DNA of 52,280 nucleotides from Bigelowiella natans CCMP2755. Lineage: Eukaryota > Protista > Cercozoa. A program made the position numbers and the translations under genes. Position 1 is the first letter of the stretch. The number at the start of each line of letters is the position of its first letter. Where the stretch lies: positions 1-52,280 of the forward strand of contig ADNK01000623.1 of assembly GCA_000320545.1 (NCBI GenBank), written 5' to 3'. Under the pieces are notes generated by a model. The model was not told where the DNA came from. It did no database searches and saw nothing but the letters and a program-made list of their open reading frames with translations. Shown one piece after another: positions 24,917-37,932 of this stretch.

Positions 24917-25326
24917 GCTGTGGTGGCCGTGCGTGCGGTGCGTGGCCATCATCATATGTGCACTAGTGCAGCATGCTAGCATGCATGTACGTCTAGATGT
25001 TAGCATGCGCGTCTGCGTGATGTGCATTCTATTCAGAATATAGCACAATGTAATCTTTTGAACAAACAAGAAGGTGTGAATGTGTGGCCCTCTTCATTCC
25101 AGTTTCCGCGCGTATACGCTGCAACACTAGAACATGCTAGCATGTAACAAGCGACTCAAATCTATCAGTGTGAACATGACATTGTAACTCAACTACATCC
25201 TGTTAATTTTTGTTCAGCTTTGTCAGCACAGAGGCATATGTCTTTACATTCAAAAAATTACTCTTCTGCGCTCTACTTTAATCATTTTTCATGAAGGGTC
25301 TCAACCTTCAATAATCATAATTACTG

Positions 25327-25827
25327 TCACATAATCATATGTGCTTCTTTTTTCTCACTTTGAGTATTCGATGTTCCCATTCCTGCTGCTTCTTCAGCCT
25401 CCTTCTGAGTATACTGTTTTTCTTTAACTTTCTTTATTTGTTTTTTGTGGTCTTTTGTTTTCTCATGATTGCGTTGTGTTGTTTCATTGATGAAATAGCG
25501 TGCACATGGAACACAGTAGAACTGCCCGAGGCCTTTTGATTAGAACAGAACAACAATCAACTGATGGAGATAAAAAATTTCCCTTTCTCCTTCCGATTGT
25601 CTGTGTGTTTGAAATCATTAAATTTGGAGTATTATTCGTTTCTACTTCGAATTTTTAACGAATCGACCTGGTAGATCTGGGTCAAAAGGGAGTTTGAGTC
25701 CCTTCTTTTCGACTATTTTGATTTCATCCTGAATCTGATCAAGATCTTTCTTTCTTCTTTTTACTTTCACCGCTTTCTTATGATCCAATTTCCCTTTTTG
25801 AGTTCGTTTTGGTCTATATCGCCCCAT
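25327..25827 (-). CDS. ZNF593: Zinc finger protein 593 / Bud20 (60S biogenesis factor)
   Basis: Exons 25827-25668 and 25532-25327: KRRKKDLDQIQ...DPDLPG-LGQFYCVPCARYFINETTQRNHEKTKDHKKQIKKVKEKQYTQKEAEEAAGMG. Confidence 0.92.
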
Positions 25828-26137
25828 TGTTGAGTAGAGTGGTGGGAGGAAGGGGCTGGAACGAGTTGTGTATGAAGAAGTAAAAAGTGTTGTCGTAGGG
25901 TAAATTACCCATCCGTTTGTTCTATATAGGAGTTGTCGTAGGATGTGAATTAGATGGTGTATTGTAATTGGATGAAGAATAATAATGATAATAATCGCCG
26001 ATAGTTGATGTATAATCGCCGACGATGATGCTGGAATGATGACATGATGATGTATTTGACTACTAGATATACTACTACTACTACTACGATACTGCTACGA
26101 TTGTCTGAGTCAGTCGTACATGCATACGAGTACAACA

Positions 26138-27870
26138 ATGGAGGAGGAACATCATCATCAACAACAACAACAACAACAAGATGATGATGATGATGATGCA
26201 AAGGTCAGACGCAATAATAATAATGATGATAATAATACGAAATCTATTTATTCTGTACACCAGTGTTCTTCTTAACAATGCTCTTTAAAAAATGATTCAT
26301 GAATAATAATACATCAGAACAGAAGCACATTAAAAGCTATTGGGGATGGTGGCACTGGAATGACGATGACAGGGGTTAGCGATCAGAAAAGTGATTGAGT
26401 TGCAAATTTATTGTGGTTGTGTTCGGTAGGTATGGGTGATGAGGCATGGGGCGCGAGCCGATGAATCACGTGAAATACGTCTGAAGATTATGTACTTTAC
26501 GTCAACTCCAACATGAGTTTAATAAGTAATGAGAAGGAGATAATAAATAATCTAGGAGAGGGGAAAAATGTATCGTAGATGGGTGGGATTCGCATGGCCC
26601 TCGATGGTGGGACCCCCCGCTCACTAAAGCTGGAAAGAAGGTAAGAAGATAACAATGCTGCTTTTAATGTAAGAATTTTTTTTTATGAGAATGCTCTTGT
26701 CAGGTTGCCAGACTGGAAGCTGCCAGATTGAAGGAACTCAATTTTGAAAAAGTTTATACATCACCTCTCCTGAGGGCATTACAAACAACGGAGCAAGTAA
26801 ATCAATTGTATGTTGATGATGTTTTCAACACACTATCAGCTGCTTCAGCTGCTTCAGTTTCTTCCTGATGTTTTTTCTGCCATTTAAGTGAATGTAATCT
26901 ATGGATATAAATGAAAAATTGTTTTAGGTAGCTTCAATATTAAACATTCCTGTGGAAATAATCCCCGGACTCTCTCAATGTGCAGCCATAGTCCAAAAAG
27001 TTGGCATCTCGTACGAAGATACTAAAAATCCATTTTAGAATAACAAAATTTGCTAATATTCACTTAAAACAGCAACTTCTTGAAGCCAAATAAGCGTAAC
27101 CAGCAAGAAGCATTGTATGGTGCTGAAGAAGCAAAATTGGTTTGAAGCAAATTTCAATTGGTGTTTTATATATCACGATATTAATTTCATCAATAATCTT
27201 TCTTTGTAGTCAGTAAACAACCTATTTTATGTTTTTATTTAGCTCTGCCCAGATATGGAGGTTCTGGGAACGAATGGGTAAGAAATCTTCCAACTCTGAT
27301 TTATTTGTTGTTGTTAAAATAGTGTCTTTGTCGTTAGGGTTTCTGAAACATTCGAAGCAGCTTGTTGCAGGTGGTTAGTTAATATAACGCGAACGATGAC
27401 GACGACGACAAAATATCATAGTTTTTATTATACAGAGATGTCTTTGCAATCATATCGTAGGCTAGCCAAAGAAAACAAAGGAAAAGATATCCTTGTTGTC
27501 GCGCACAGGTCATCCAATTGCATTTTTAACTCGTGTAAATACAGGCGACGAAGTGCCCAATATGATGATGTACGAATCTCAATATGTGATTATCAGGGAG
27601 GGTATATGGAAATTACACGCTCGTGCTGGTCATCGATTGATGAAGAAGCCGCCGTACTGCTCCATTACTGGTATACACTTTTTAATCTAAATACGCACAA
27701 GTACATTCTGATTCGTTTCTATTGTATGAGGTTATCTATTTGAATTCAAAAATGGGAAGATGAATGCTTCTAAAGAGAGGACGAATCCTAAACAAAGTGG
27801 AAATCCAGAAGCTTTCCCAGGCCTTACAATAAAACTTGTAGCCGATACATCTACTGCAAAATCGCAATGA
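26138..27870 (+). CDS. Histidine phosphatase superfamily (phosphoglycerate mutase-like) protein
   Basis: About 11 exons: VWVMRHGARAD, DPPLTKAG, VYTSPLLRALQT, ILVVAHREGI. Stop at 27870. Confidence 0.88.
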
Positions 27871-28716
27871 CTGTCTCTAGATCTTTGTTCTATAAATGTG
27901 CAATGTCCAAAATATGTGGGGTAGTACTAGCTACGCTGCTCTTCCCATTCAACCAGCCCAAGTACATGCATGCATGTATGATGTGAGATGACGCATGGTG
28001 AGAGCTGAGCATTAAACGTGCAAGCACAATAAGTAAAACACAAAATTTCGCATGTGACTCGACATAAAGCTCATGCTAGCAGCATGCGCCACTAGCCAAT
28101 CTAGCATAGCAATGCAATGCAAAGTCCTAACAAACGTACGTATTCATGGTGTCGGCCGTGTACCACGCAAGACTTAATTGTCAAATGTTCTTCGCGGCAG
28201 CCAGCTAAATAGGTGCGTAATTACGGAAGCGAGAGGAGTGTGTAGGGGTTAAGCAGTATTTTATGGCTTGCTGTTTGCTGGGTTGTGTTGGATTGTGGAT
28301 GCTACGCGTCTCAATCGATGTAGGCTCAGTGTGGGGCGCGTATGATGCTGTGTGGGGAGTTTCACATGCTTAACTGGAGTTTAGCAGATTGAGATTTTGT
28401 TCAATATCTAGAATATGTATGCGACAATCATCTTTTTTGTGCACTGCACATATCTCTGAAGCTAACGCTGACACTCGTTACTCGGCACCAATATCATTGA
28501 TATCACTACTAAAGAAAGTTGTGAGGGGAGATATCCCTTTGATTTGTCTCATGTGCACAAGATTGAATAAGAAAGTGCTTTAGTCGTTTAATTTTAAATA
28601 GATTCCATCCAGCACACGTTCCTGCATCCTCACCATTGACAACATGCATGGTTACAGAGATCACTTACGAATGTGTCCCTTATTTTCATAATCTCTAGTG
28701 ATTTATATTCCTCGAT

Positions 28717-31700
28717 TTACCATTCAGTTTTGACGTAGTCTTTCAAGAACACCCCCCACAAAGGTTTCACATTTTCTTTTCCAGCTTGAAGATCTAATAA
28801 TGGGGCCATTACAGGATCGAGCACGCGTGCAGCAGCATCAACCTTAAAAATTAAACATGATTGTCAGATGGCAAAAACGACGTTCACATGTAGCAGCAAT
28901 GTGCAGAGACCTCGTCGAGAGGAGTTTGAAAATTGTGCTTTTCCATGTGCTCTCTAGCTTTCTCGATAGGTTTTTCATCATTTATCCAACCAGTGTCCTG
29001 CAAAATGCATTATAAATTATTTTCAATGATATGACCAGCAGTCTTATTAAAGCTACTATGATTTAATATCATTATAATTACCACAGCAGTCATATATATG
29101 CCTTCCTTCATATAGTCCTACATTGTTAATTAACGAATAGAAAGTACATTCCAAATACACCAGTAACAAAGTAAACCCACGAACAACACTTAACAACAAA
29201 AGATTATTTCACAAACAATAACAAAGGGATAATACCTCAACATAAAATCATTTCTTAAATAGTAACAAAGGATAATAATTCAACCTAACCACCTACTCTA
29301 CCTGAGCAGAGGTTCTAGTCATCATATTCAGGGCAGCTTTCGCCATATTTGTGTGCTGAAGTGTTGTTCCGAATTAGTTCTAAAAAACATTGAATTTCAG
29401 GGGAAATATTGTACCGGATGTTTATCAGATTTATAGCGATAAAATTTTCCTTCCTGAGGGTTACGTGCAAAATGATTAATGAAACGACGGTATCAAATTT
29501 ACTCGTGTATTTACTTACCATGGCGCTCACATTTACGATGAATTTGAAAACCGTCTGATATTTAAAATAAAAGATGAAACGCTAAATAATGCCAACATCA
29601 ATAAGTGCAATTGTTGTGAGGTATCATTATTCGGAAACTATATCAGCGGTACAATACTCCACAATGTAATCATCATCAGATATATGATTTCATCTCGAAC
29701 AACACGTTAACCTTGTCTTTTGCCATTAGTGACTTTAATCTTGCATTTATTATGAATGGTGCCTGATTTAAAATCACATGTTCGTTTACGTATGCTGCCC
29801 ACCTTGACGAAACTCGTACCACGTGAAATTCCTTAACTGTTCTCTCGGTGCACAAATTGTTCAATGCTGCTACTGCTACTGCTGCTACTACTACTATCAC
29901 AATTACTACCATGGCATTTATTGCGAATACTTCACTGAGCTCCGTGGTTGAAACCTTAAAGCAGCAAAGTACAATGTACAAAAAAAACAAACAAAACATA
30001 TGCAATATTAAATTAATCAATGAAACCTGAATATGAAGTGAGATAGTGTAAATCAAGATCAAGAAGAAGACTTTGCAAACTACTAACTTCATCAAGTCGA
30101 AGCATCCAGCTATTTTTCCGTCGTAAATCAACCTTTCAATCATAAGAATATTTGTGGTAATCCTGGATAATGACGACGAAGAAATTATAAAAGATGATGA
30201 TGATGATGATGAATGATGATGATGATGATGAATGATGATGAATGATGATGAATGATGATGACTAAAGTGATAGATGAATGTTGTAGTCACAGATTTACTG
30301 CAGCAGCACCCACCCCAGGTCCATGATCATCATCATCATCATCACAATCCACTACTAACTATCTATCTATTTATCTATCTATCACCTGCTGCTCGTTTAC
30401 ATCCAATTTTCCAACAGGGAGGAGGTTTTTCATACCCTTGGGAGGAATCAATAATCAAAGTATTAGACAACATTAGAAGCTAATATTTGTGTGGTAGTTG
30501 GTAGGCATTTGTTGAGAATATGGGGTTATGATAGCATTAGTAGTAGTAGTTGAAGTAGCCGTCGTAGCAATAGTAGTAGTAGTAGTAGTAGTAGTAGTTG
30601 TAGTAATAGTAGAGCAATATAAGCTAGCATATGGTTTGAATTGGTGATGGTAGTGGTAGTGGCAGAAATTAGTAGTAAACTACGGTCACTATCATCGACT
30701 AGGTATGAATGTATGAGCGCGGTAATAATAGTGTTCTTCAAGTCACATTGTCGTCATTGACTCTCATACTACTAGTAGTAGTAGTAGTAGTAGTAGTAAT
30801 AGTACTCGTAGTAGTAGTAAGCACCTCTGCGTGATCTTCAGATGTTGAAACCATTTGTGACATCCTCACCGAATTTGCCACTACTACTACATCAGTATCC
30901 CCCAACTTTTCTTCTCTATTATGTGGTGTACTAGTAGTAGTAGTAGTAGTAGTAGTAGGACTACTGCAGACTACTCCGTCCGCTGTTACATTTGGACGAG
31001 TAGTAGTAGATATCAAGGTGTCGTTATGGTGATGATGATGATGATGATCTTCTTCTTGTTGTCGTTGTTCTTTTTGTTGCTGCTGTATAGAACTGTTGTT
31101 CCCATGATTATCATCATCAGCAGTAGTAACAAGGGATGACAAAGGGATAGTAGATCCTTCTTTTCCTCCTCCCTCTTGGAAAATCACATCATCTTGCAAA
31201 CTGCTACTACTAGTAGTAGCCTTTCTTTGTCTTTGTGTTGGCATCGTCGTCGCTGTATTGGTGCTGCCACTGCTTGGCAATGTTAACGTTTGCGGAAGGG
31301 TTTTATTGATTCTCCGCCTCTTACTACTGCTATTATTACTACCGCTTCTACTACTAGCACCAGCACCGTGCAATAATATATGTTGTTTGTGGCCCTTTGT
31401 CAGCTTGGATTCTAAGATGGAAGATTGCAGTAGGAATGGCTGCTCTTTTGCAGTAGGAATTGCAGCTTCTATTTTTAAGAGATGTCGATAATACATCCTG
31501 GGACGCCTTATCGTTTGGCATGCATTGTTAATGATCACATCCATCCGTTGATGGGTTTGGATGATGTAGCTGCAAAAGGCCTCCACCATAATTGAGTCTC
31601 TAAAATCCAAGCCATATATGTGTAATCTATCGGTCCATTTACTTGCATCATCTTGAGCAGCATATCTTCTAGCTGCATCCTTTGGAAACCTTGTCGTAGC

Positions 31701-32845
31701 AATTACCGTAGCCCCAGCGCGAAGAAGTATTAATGTGCATCGAAATCCAATCTTCACACGAGCACCCGTTACTAGACAAATTTTCCCACTTAAATCAGCA
31801 CTTTGGTGTCGTTTTGTAAAATTGAGTTCCGCACATTTTGGACAAAGCGAGTCATAGAAGAAATGTAGACGTGTGTATGGTCGTTTACACGTGTAACAAA
31901 GAACTGCAGAGTTCAACACGCGAGGTGTTTGTTCGTGCTCCTTTTTGGTTTCTTCAATTTCAATCCTATCTGCATCAGCTACACCATCTGCCACTCTCAT
32001 GATCTTGGTGTCAGCAGCATCATCATTGCCATCATCATCAGCAGCAGCAGCAGTAGCAGCCTTTATGAGGTCTAGCTGCATCGTTCTGCTCTTCGATTCC
32101 AAGGTTTGTATTCTAGGGGGAGATGGATCTTGTTTTTCCAACTCTCGCAACTTCTCAAGTCGTTTTCTACGTAACAGAGTAGAGTCTCGCCATTTTGCGT
32201 CAAGTTCACGGCGTCGTTGCGCTTCTCGTTGATTGAATGTATCATTACTATCTGTTATTGCATTAATGTCCAATATGCTACTACCGCCACGGTTCCTTCT
32301 TCCCTAGAATAATAATATGAAGATATCAACGACATCGCCCTGGCTGTGGAAACACGTATAGCGTGGAAAACTACTACTACCCATGATATCATGAGTTCAA
32401 TGATGACCTTTGCTTTTAACGCTTTCTGCTGGTCGACACTTGCCATTTGTAGCAACAGAGGTCCCATCACACTCCTCAAGTTTTTGAATCGACGGGATTT
32501 GAAGCGACTGGAATCATCACTAGCAAGTTTTCGAAGTACAGATTCAGCTATTTTGAGGTGATCGTCTGAGATCCATGGCACCTATGAGTAGACAGTAACA
32601 ATTAACACAACACAGTTTCGTTGCAATTGAATTTGCATCGATCGATAAACCTGGATCTCGTTATTTTTCTCCATATGATTCCCTTGATTCTCAATGGCAC
32701 TATTCTGTTTCTGTTCGCCACCGGTATGCTGCTTCAAGTTACCCCCCTCTGAATACTCACCACATCGTTCCGTTCTGATTCTCTTCTGACGTTCTTTTTT
32801 AAGTCTTTTCTTCAGTGCTCGCTTTCGAAGACGAGAGGGTTGCAT
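28717..32845 (-). CDS. Extended short-chain dehydrogenase/reductase with an N-terminal CxxC..CxxC segment and a long low-complexity insert
   Basis: CYTCK...LCPKCAELNFTKR..ADLSGKICLVTGARVKIG, TTRFP, IINNACQTIRRP. Downstream exons VDLRRKNSW, FIVNVSAM-EGKFYR..KHP-HTNMAKAALNMMTRTSA, AV-DTGWI, PLDE-VDAAARVLDP...GVFLKDYVKTEW*. Confidence 0.9.
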
Positions 32846-33238
32846 TGTGTCGGGGACGGTGTTTCAGTACACGTTGAAAATAAGAGGTGTTCTACTCAGT
32901 TGGTTAACAGAGAGCGTACGCAAATGATAACTTATGGGGGGTTCGACGTTCCCATTGTATCCTATCTCCAGATGAGATGCGAGAAGATAGATGTTCCTAG
33001 TATTATTATTAGTAGTATTTTAATTAATAGATATTTTAGGGGTAAATCATAATACATCGATTCGATGATAAGAATTATTGTTACGACTTGGATATAAAAA
33101 TTGCACTGTACTTGTTTTGCAATGTTAGTTAGTTAGTTAGTTAGTTATTATTCTTTTCGCGCCCTTGACTTATTATCTCCTTCCAGTGACTGACAAAAGA
33201 AGGAACAAACAACTTGGAGAACAATTAACTGAAAAAAA

Positions 33239-33432
<194 letters not shown>

Positions 33433-33628
33433 TAAGAAGACAGACAGACCGTAGGAAGGAAGCAGATCTTGTAAGGACCAACCACTACATCCTCCCTCCT
33501 CCTTTCCCTACATGTAATAATCATAATGATAATAACAATGAGAAGAAGAAGAAGAAGAGCACCGATTGGCCTCATCACACACTGTACCTCTATTGTAATG
33601 CTTTCGTTCAGAATTACATTCAATCGCA

Positions 33629-34795
33629 ATGAGTAAGATGGAAGACCTCAAAGAGTACATCGACCCAAAAAATTGGTGAGACTTAGCTTTCCGTGTTTTG
33701 GGGAATTTTCAATCTAAAGCTCTCTCTTTTCAACCAGGGAATGCCTAAATGCTCAGAAACAGGTTTAAAACTTTTGTGGGTGCGACCTAATGGGCTCATG
33801 ACAAATTAATTATCAGCATCAGCTTCCAAATGCCCTTTTTAAGGATCGGGACGACGAAAAGAAAGTTCTTAAGGTGATCTTAATGACCTTGAATCCGTGG
33901 AGATTGTGTTAATACCTACTTTTCAGAGCGATTCAGATGCGCAGCTTCTTATCAGAATAACCTTTGGAGCCTTTGTCAAAATCAAAGCCATCAAGGTTGT
34001 TTGTTTCCAACTTGATCCACATAGTATGCTGCTGTTCACATGGTCGAGATTGATGTTGCACTGCCACATACATACCACCGATATATTAGATTACTGCGCC
34101 CACAGACTCAGGCCCCTCATCGATCAAACTCTTCGTAAACCCTGGTTGGACTGCTTCGAGATTTGGCTGTCGATAACCCAATACTCACTTATTTATGTAT
34201 GAAGGTTCGCTTGAATTTGAAGGAGCAGAGGAAGAGGAACCAACGCAGGTACTCGTTCTTCAGATCTTCATCCCATCCATAATTTCCCATGTAAAAGGAT
34301 CAAACATGAGCACGCATGCTCAGGAGATCAAACTCGAACAAGACGACCTAAAAAAAGATGCCAAGCCGAAGACGGTCAAGCTTGTAAAGTTTTCGAAGGT
34401 ATTCTGTAATTTATTTTGCAAACATCCACCCGTCCGTGACTCTTTCATCTTAGGTTTCGACATTGGTGATTTTTGTCCCAGAAAATCACGGTGATAAGCC
34501 TTGCATCTTAATGGCGAACATTTAACTTTTTAACTGATATCATCAGATGACGCTGATCAAACGGTGATCCAAGGAATCCAAATTTTAGGTGAAGATTAAT
34601 TGAATGATTATTCTCGTTCACCAATAAAATTCAAATTGGATACAGGAAAGACTTCAATAATTAGTGGAAATAAGCCATCTCTCGCACAGCAAAAGGTTCA
34701 TTCATTCACAAAATTTTGAAAAGATTTCATCCTTATTTCTTGATTTCATTGCATAGGCTGCTGCACAAGGAGACTGGTTGAACACCAGCAGATAG
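33629..34795 (+). CDS. PITH-domain protein (PITHD1 / TXNL1 C-terminal-like)
   Basis: Eleven short exons: MSKMEDLKEYIDPKNW-ECLNAQ...SDSDAQLLIRITFGAFVKIKAIK-ITAPTDSGPSSIKLFVNP...EEEEPTQ-EIKL...LVKFSK-VSTLVIFVPENH-DDADQTVIQGIQIL-G...SR*. Confidence 0.9.
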
Positions 34796-36329
34796 CGTCT
34801 TCTACACAGTCAAAGTAAAGCTCTGACATAATTGAATTATGATTCAAATTAGCTTCATGCAAAGTTGTTTGTATTGTAGGTCCCCTGGTCATTGTGACAT
34901 AATAGCATTCAATCTTCCGCATTGGTATTGGCTAATGTCGAATTGCACATCAAAAATGTGGATTCAATATTCAATACATGCTGATAGACACAAGTTATGC
35001 AATATCAACTCTACATGTGGTCCGTGCTGCACAATAATTGGCCGGCTCGCATGATTGTACATGTATACGGTGGTGCACGCATCCAGATGTACTAGTGTAG
35101 CTCAATTTTTTCGAAAGTTGCATCGATTACCCCTCGCATCAATTGACAGGTGCTGCGATCTAGCGATGCACGCACATCTGCAAGCATCTCGAAGGTGTGT
35201 GTGGTTGCAGTGCACACGCACAGCCATATTCATCGTGCAGCTACGACATGGCTGGACGACGCTGACGATGACTGATGACTGCGTGCGTGCCAAACGCACG
35301 CGCACATGCTAGCATGCGCATATATATGGCCTGAATCACCATCATACTAGCATAGTACATCGTTTGTTGGCTTTGAGCTACAAGCAGACGCGCCAACTCA
35401 TGCGGTGGCATGCAGTGCTGCCTTGACACTTGCTATAGCTGTCAAAGCTTGTCATCTAGTCATGACGATGCGCAAGGCAACATGTTGCATGCAACAAAAA
35501 AACATGAAGGCAAGAGGCAATGCACTACGCTAGCTAGCATACACGCAGTTTTGATTATTGCATGTGCGCGATGAATGCAGAATGCGAATGATGCCACGAT
35601 GTTACCTAGTTACGTAGTTACGTACATGCACTTATTATTAATTCTGCATGGCGACCACTCTAGTATATACTAGTAGAAGTCTAGAAGTGTTAGCTGCAGA
35701 ACCAAGCGCGGGGGTCTGATCATCGCCGCATCGTCTAGCATAGATCGTACTAGCATACCTTATTGATGCAGCCGTACTAGCAGTGATCATTGCGGTCACA
35801 TCAGCTTCATTTTGGACACAAGGCCATCTAGCTAGACTAGTAGACACATGTGTAAACATTGTAACCATACATTATTATTTTTCGTAACCGGTGCATAATT
35901 TCATCACCGCAACTGATTTCCAAAGGTTTCAATGTTATCAAAGTAGCTATTCTCGAATGAGTACTTAAAATCTTACTGGATTTCTATGTTACAGTTTATT
36001 TAAGAACTATTAATATTTTCTTGACAACACAGCATGTGCATAAGGAAATAATATTTTATACGAATCGAACGCATACTGTACATGTGAAGGCTTGTGAACA
36101 TTTTTATCATTATATAATACATAAATGAGCAATTATTGCCGATCGTATTTTGTATCAAAAGGCAATGCAAAATTCAATTGTGTACTAACGCGCTTATTCT
36201 CAAATTCTTCTTTTCCCACTACTCATTATGTATGCCACCCCCCCCTGAATAGTAGTAGTAGTAGCAGCAGCAGCAGCAGCAGTAGATTTTGTGCGCTTAG
36301 ATTAAGCAAATTTCGTGAATCTGCACGTG

Positions 36330-36362
36330 TCATGTCGCAGTCTTTCCGAGGTCTGCATCTGA

Positions 36363-36400
<38 letters not shown>

Positions 36401-37015
36401 AATTTTGGGTGGTGCTGGCCTTGTTCTTATTTCGCATTTTCCATCGCTTCCGACCGACCCTTTCGCCCCTTCCTCCTCCTCTACCAGTTCTATTGTTCGT
36501 GTGGCTTCTTCTATTGTTGGATCCTCTGTGATAACGTCCATTGCTAACCTCTCGCTTCTCCCCCCCCCCAATTTTGGAGCGATGACCCTCAATTCGTTTT
36601 TCCTCCTGCTTTTTTTTTCGATTAGGCCTACGGCAGTGATTTTGTCGACGTTTTTTATCTTTAACCTGTTGCTTTTTCCATTCAATTTCTTGCCGATTCA
36701 ACTCATCTGCCAGTTGTTTTGACTGAATCGCTTCCAGCTTTTGGACTTCTAGAGAACATATGAAAGATATGTTTATTTGCTTTTGAAGAACGAAACAGTT
36801 TGAAAAAAAAATGGTTGATTTTGAAGGTGGTGTTGAATTTGCACTACTTAACATACTACCATAATACAAAGCAAATTTGTACAATTTCTCCTGTTCTACT
36901 ACGCACACTTGTGAACGACCATGTAGAAGTGGTGGTTTTTCCATGATAATCCCCCTTTTTCTTGCCCACGCGCTTGTACTACTACGCATCGTCGCAGCTT
37001 GGTAGTGGTGAGCAT

Positions 37016-37046
<31 letters not shown>

Positions 37047-37412
37047 CCCAACCATCATTGCATTTGCTGATGCTGCAGAACCACCTACAAATGACTGGAC
37101 AAGATTCGCACTATGATTCTCTGCTTGTTCTTGCATGATCTGCATGAAACTCTTTGACTTCGACTTCGATGATGATGATGATGCTGACCCTCTTTTAGGT
37201 AGTGGCAGTGGCTGAGTATCAAAGTAGTAGCAGTAGTAATAGTAGCGTGTGTTTCATTATCATATATACCGTATTACCACATAATATATGGTTAGTGGTG
37301 TCAATATTATTATATGAACATCATATGGTTGTTACATCATCAAAATCAGCATTTGTTGCTGTATTTGTGGTTGTTAATACTTTCTGGTGATAGTTAGAAG
37401 TAGAAGTAGTAA

Positions 37413-37443
<31 letters not shown>

Positions 37444-37899
37444 TTCTAATGAGAGAAATAAATGTGGTGCTGGACTAAGATCACCTTTTCTTCTGCATGT
37501 GACAGCAGACTCCTCGAGAAAGTACTCTTTTTCTCGTGAGCTAAGTTGTTACGCGTCTGCCACTGGAATTTCGAAGAATTCATGTTTTCATTCTTCGAAG
37601 ATGAAAATTTGTCCCAATTGTTGGTTTTTTTTACGCCTAATTAGAGGGTTGATTGGTTGGTTTCTCTGTAAATAACAATCATCTTGAAACAAAACGATGA
37701 TGATGATGATGAGCAACCTCTCTTTGTAGTTGTTTTCTTGACTACAAATGCATCTGAGAGAGATAGAGTTGGTGGAGGGGCGTATACGTCCATGCTTGCA
37801 CCACAACGGGAACCTACTGAGGAATTTCTTCCTAAACATCATCATCATGATCATCATCATCACAAAAAGAGATTGGTATTGATGATCGAATTCCAGCAA

Positions 37900-37932
<33 letters not shown>

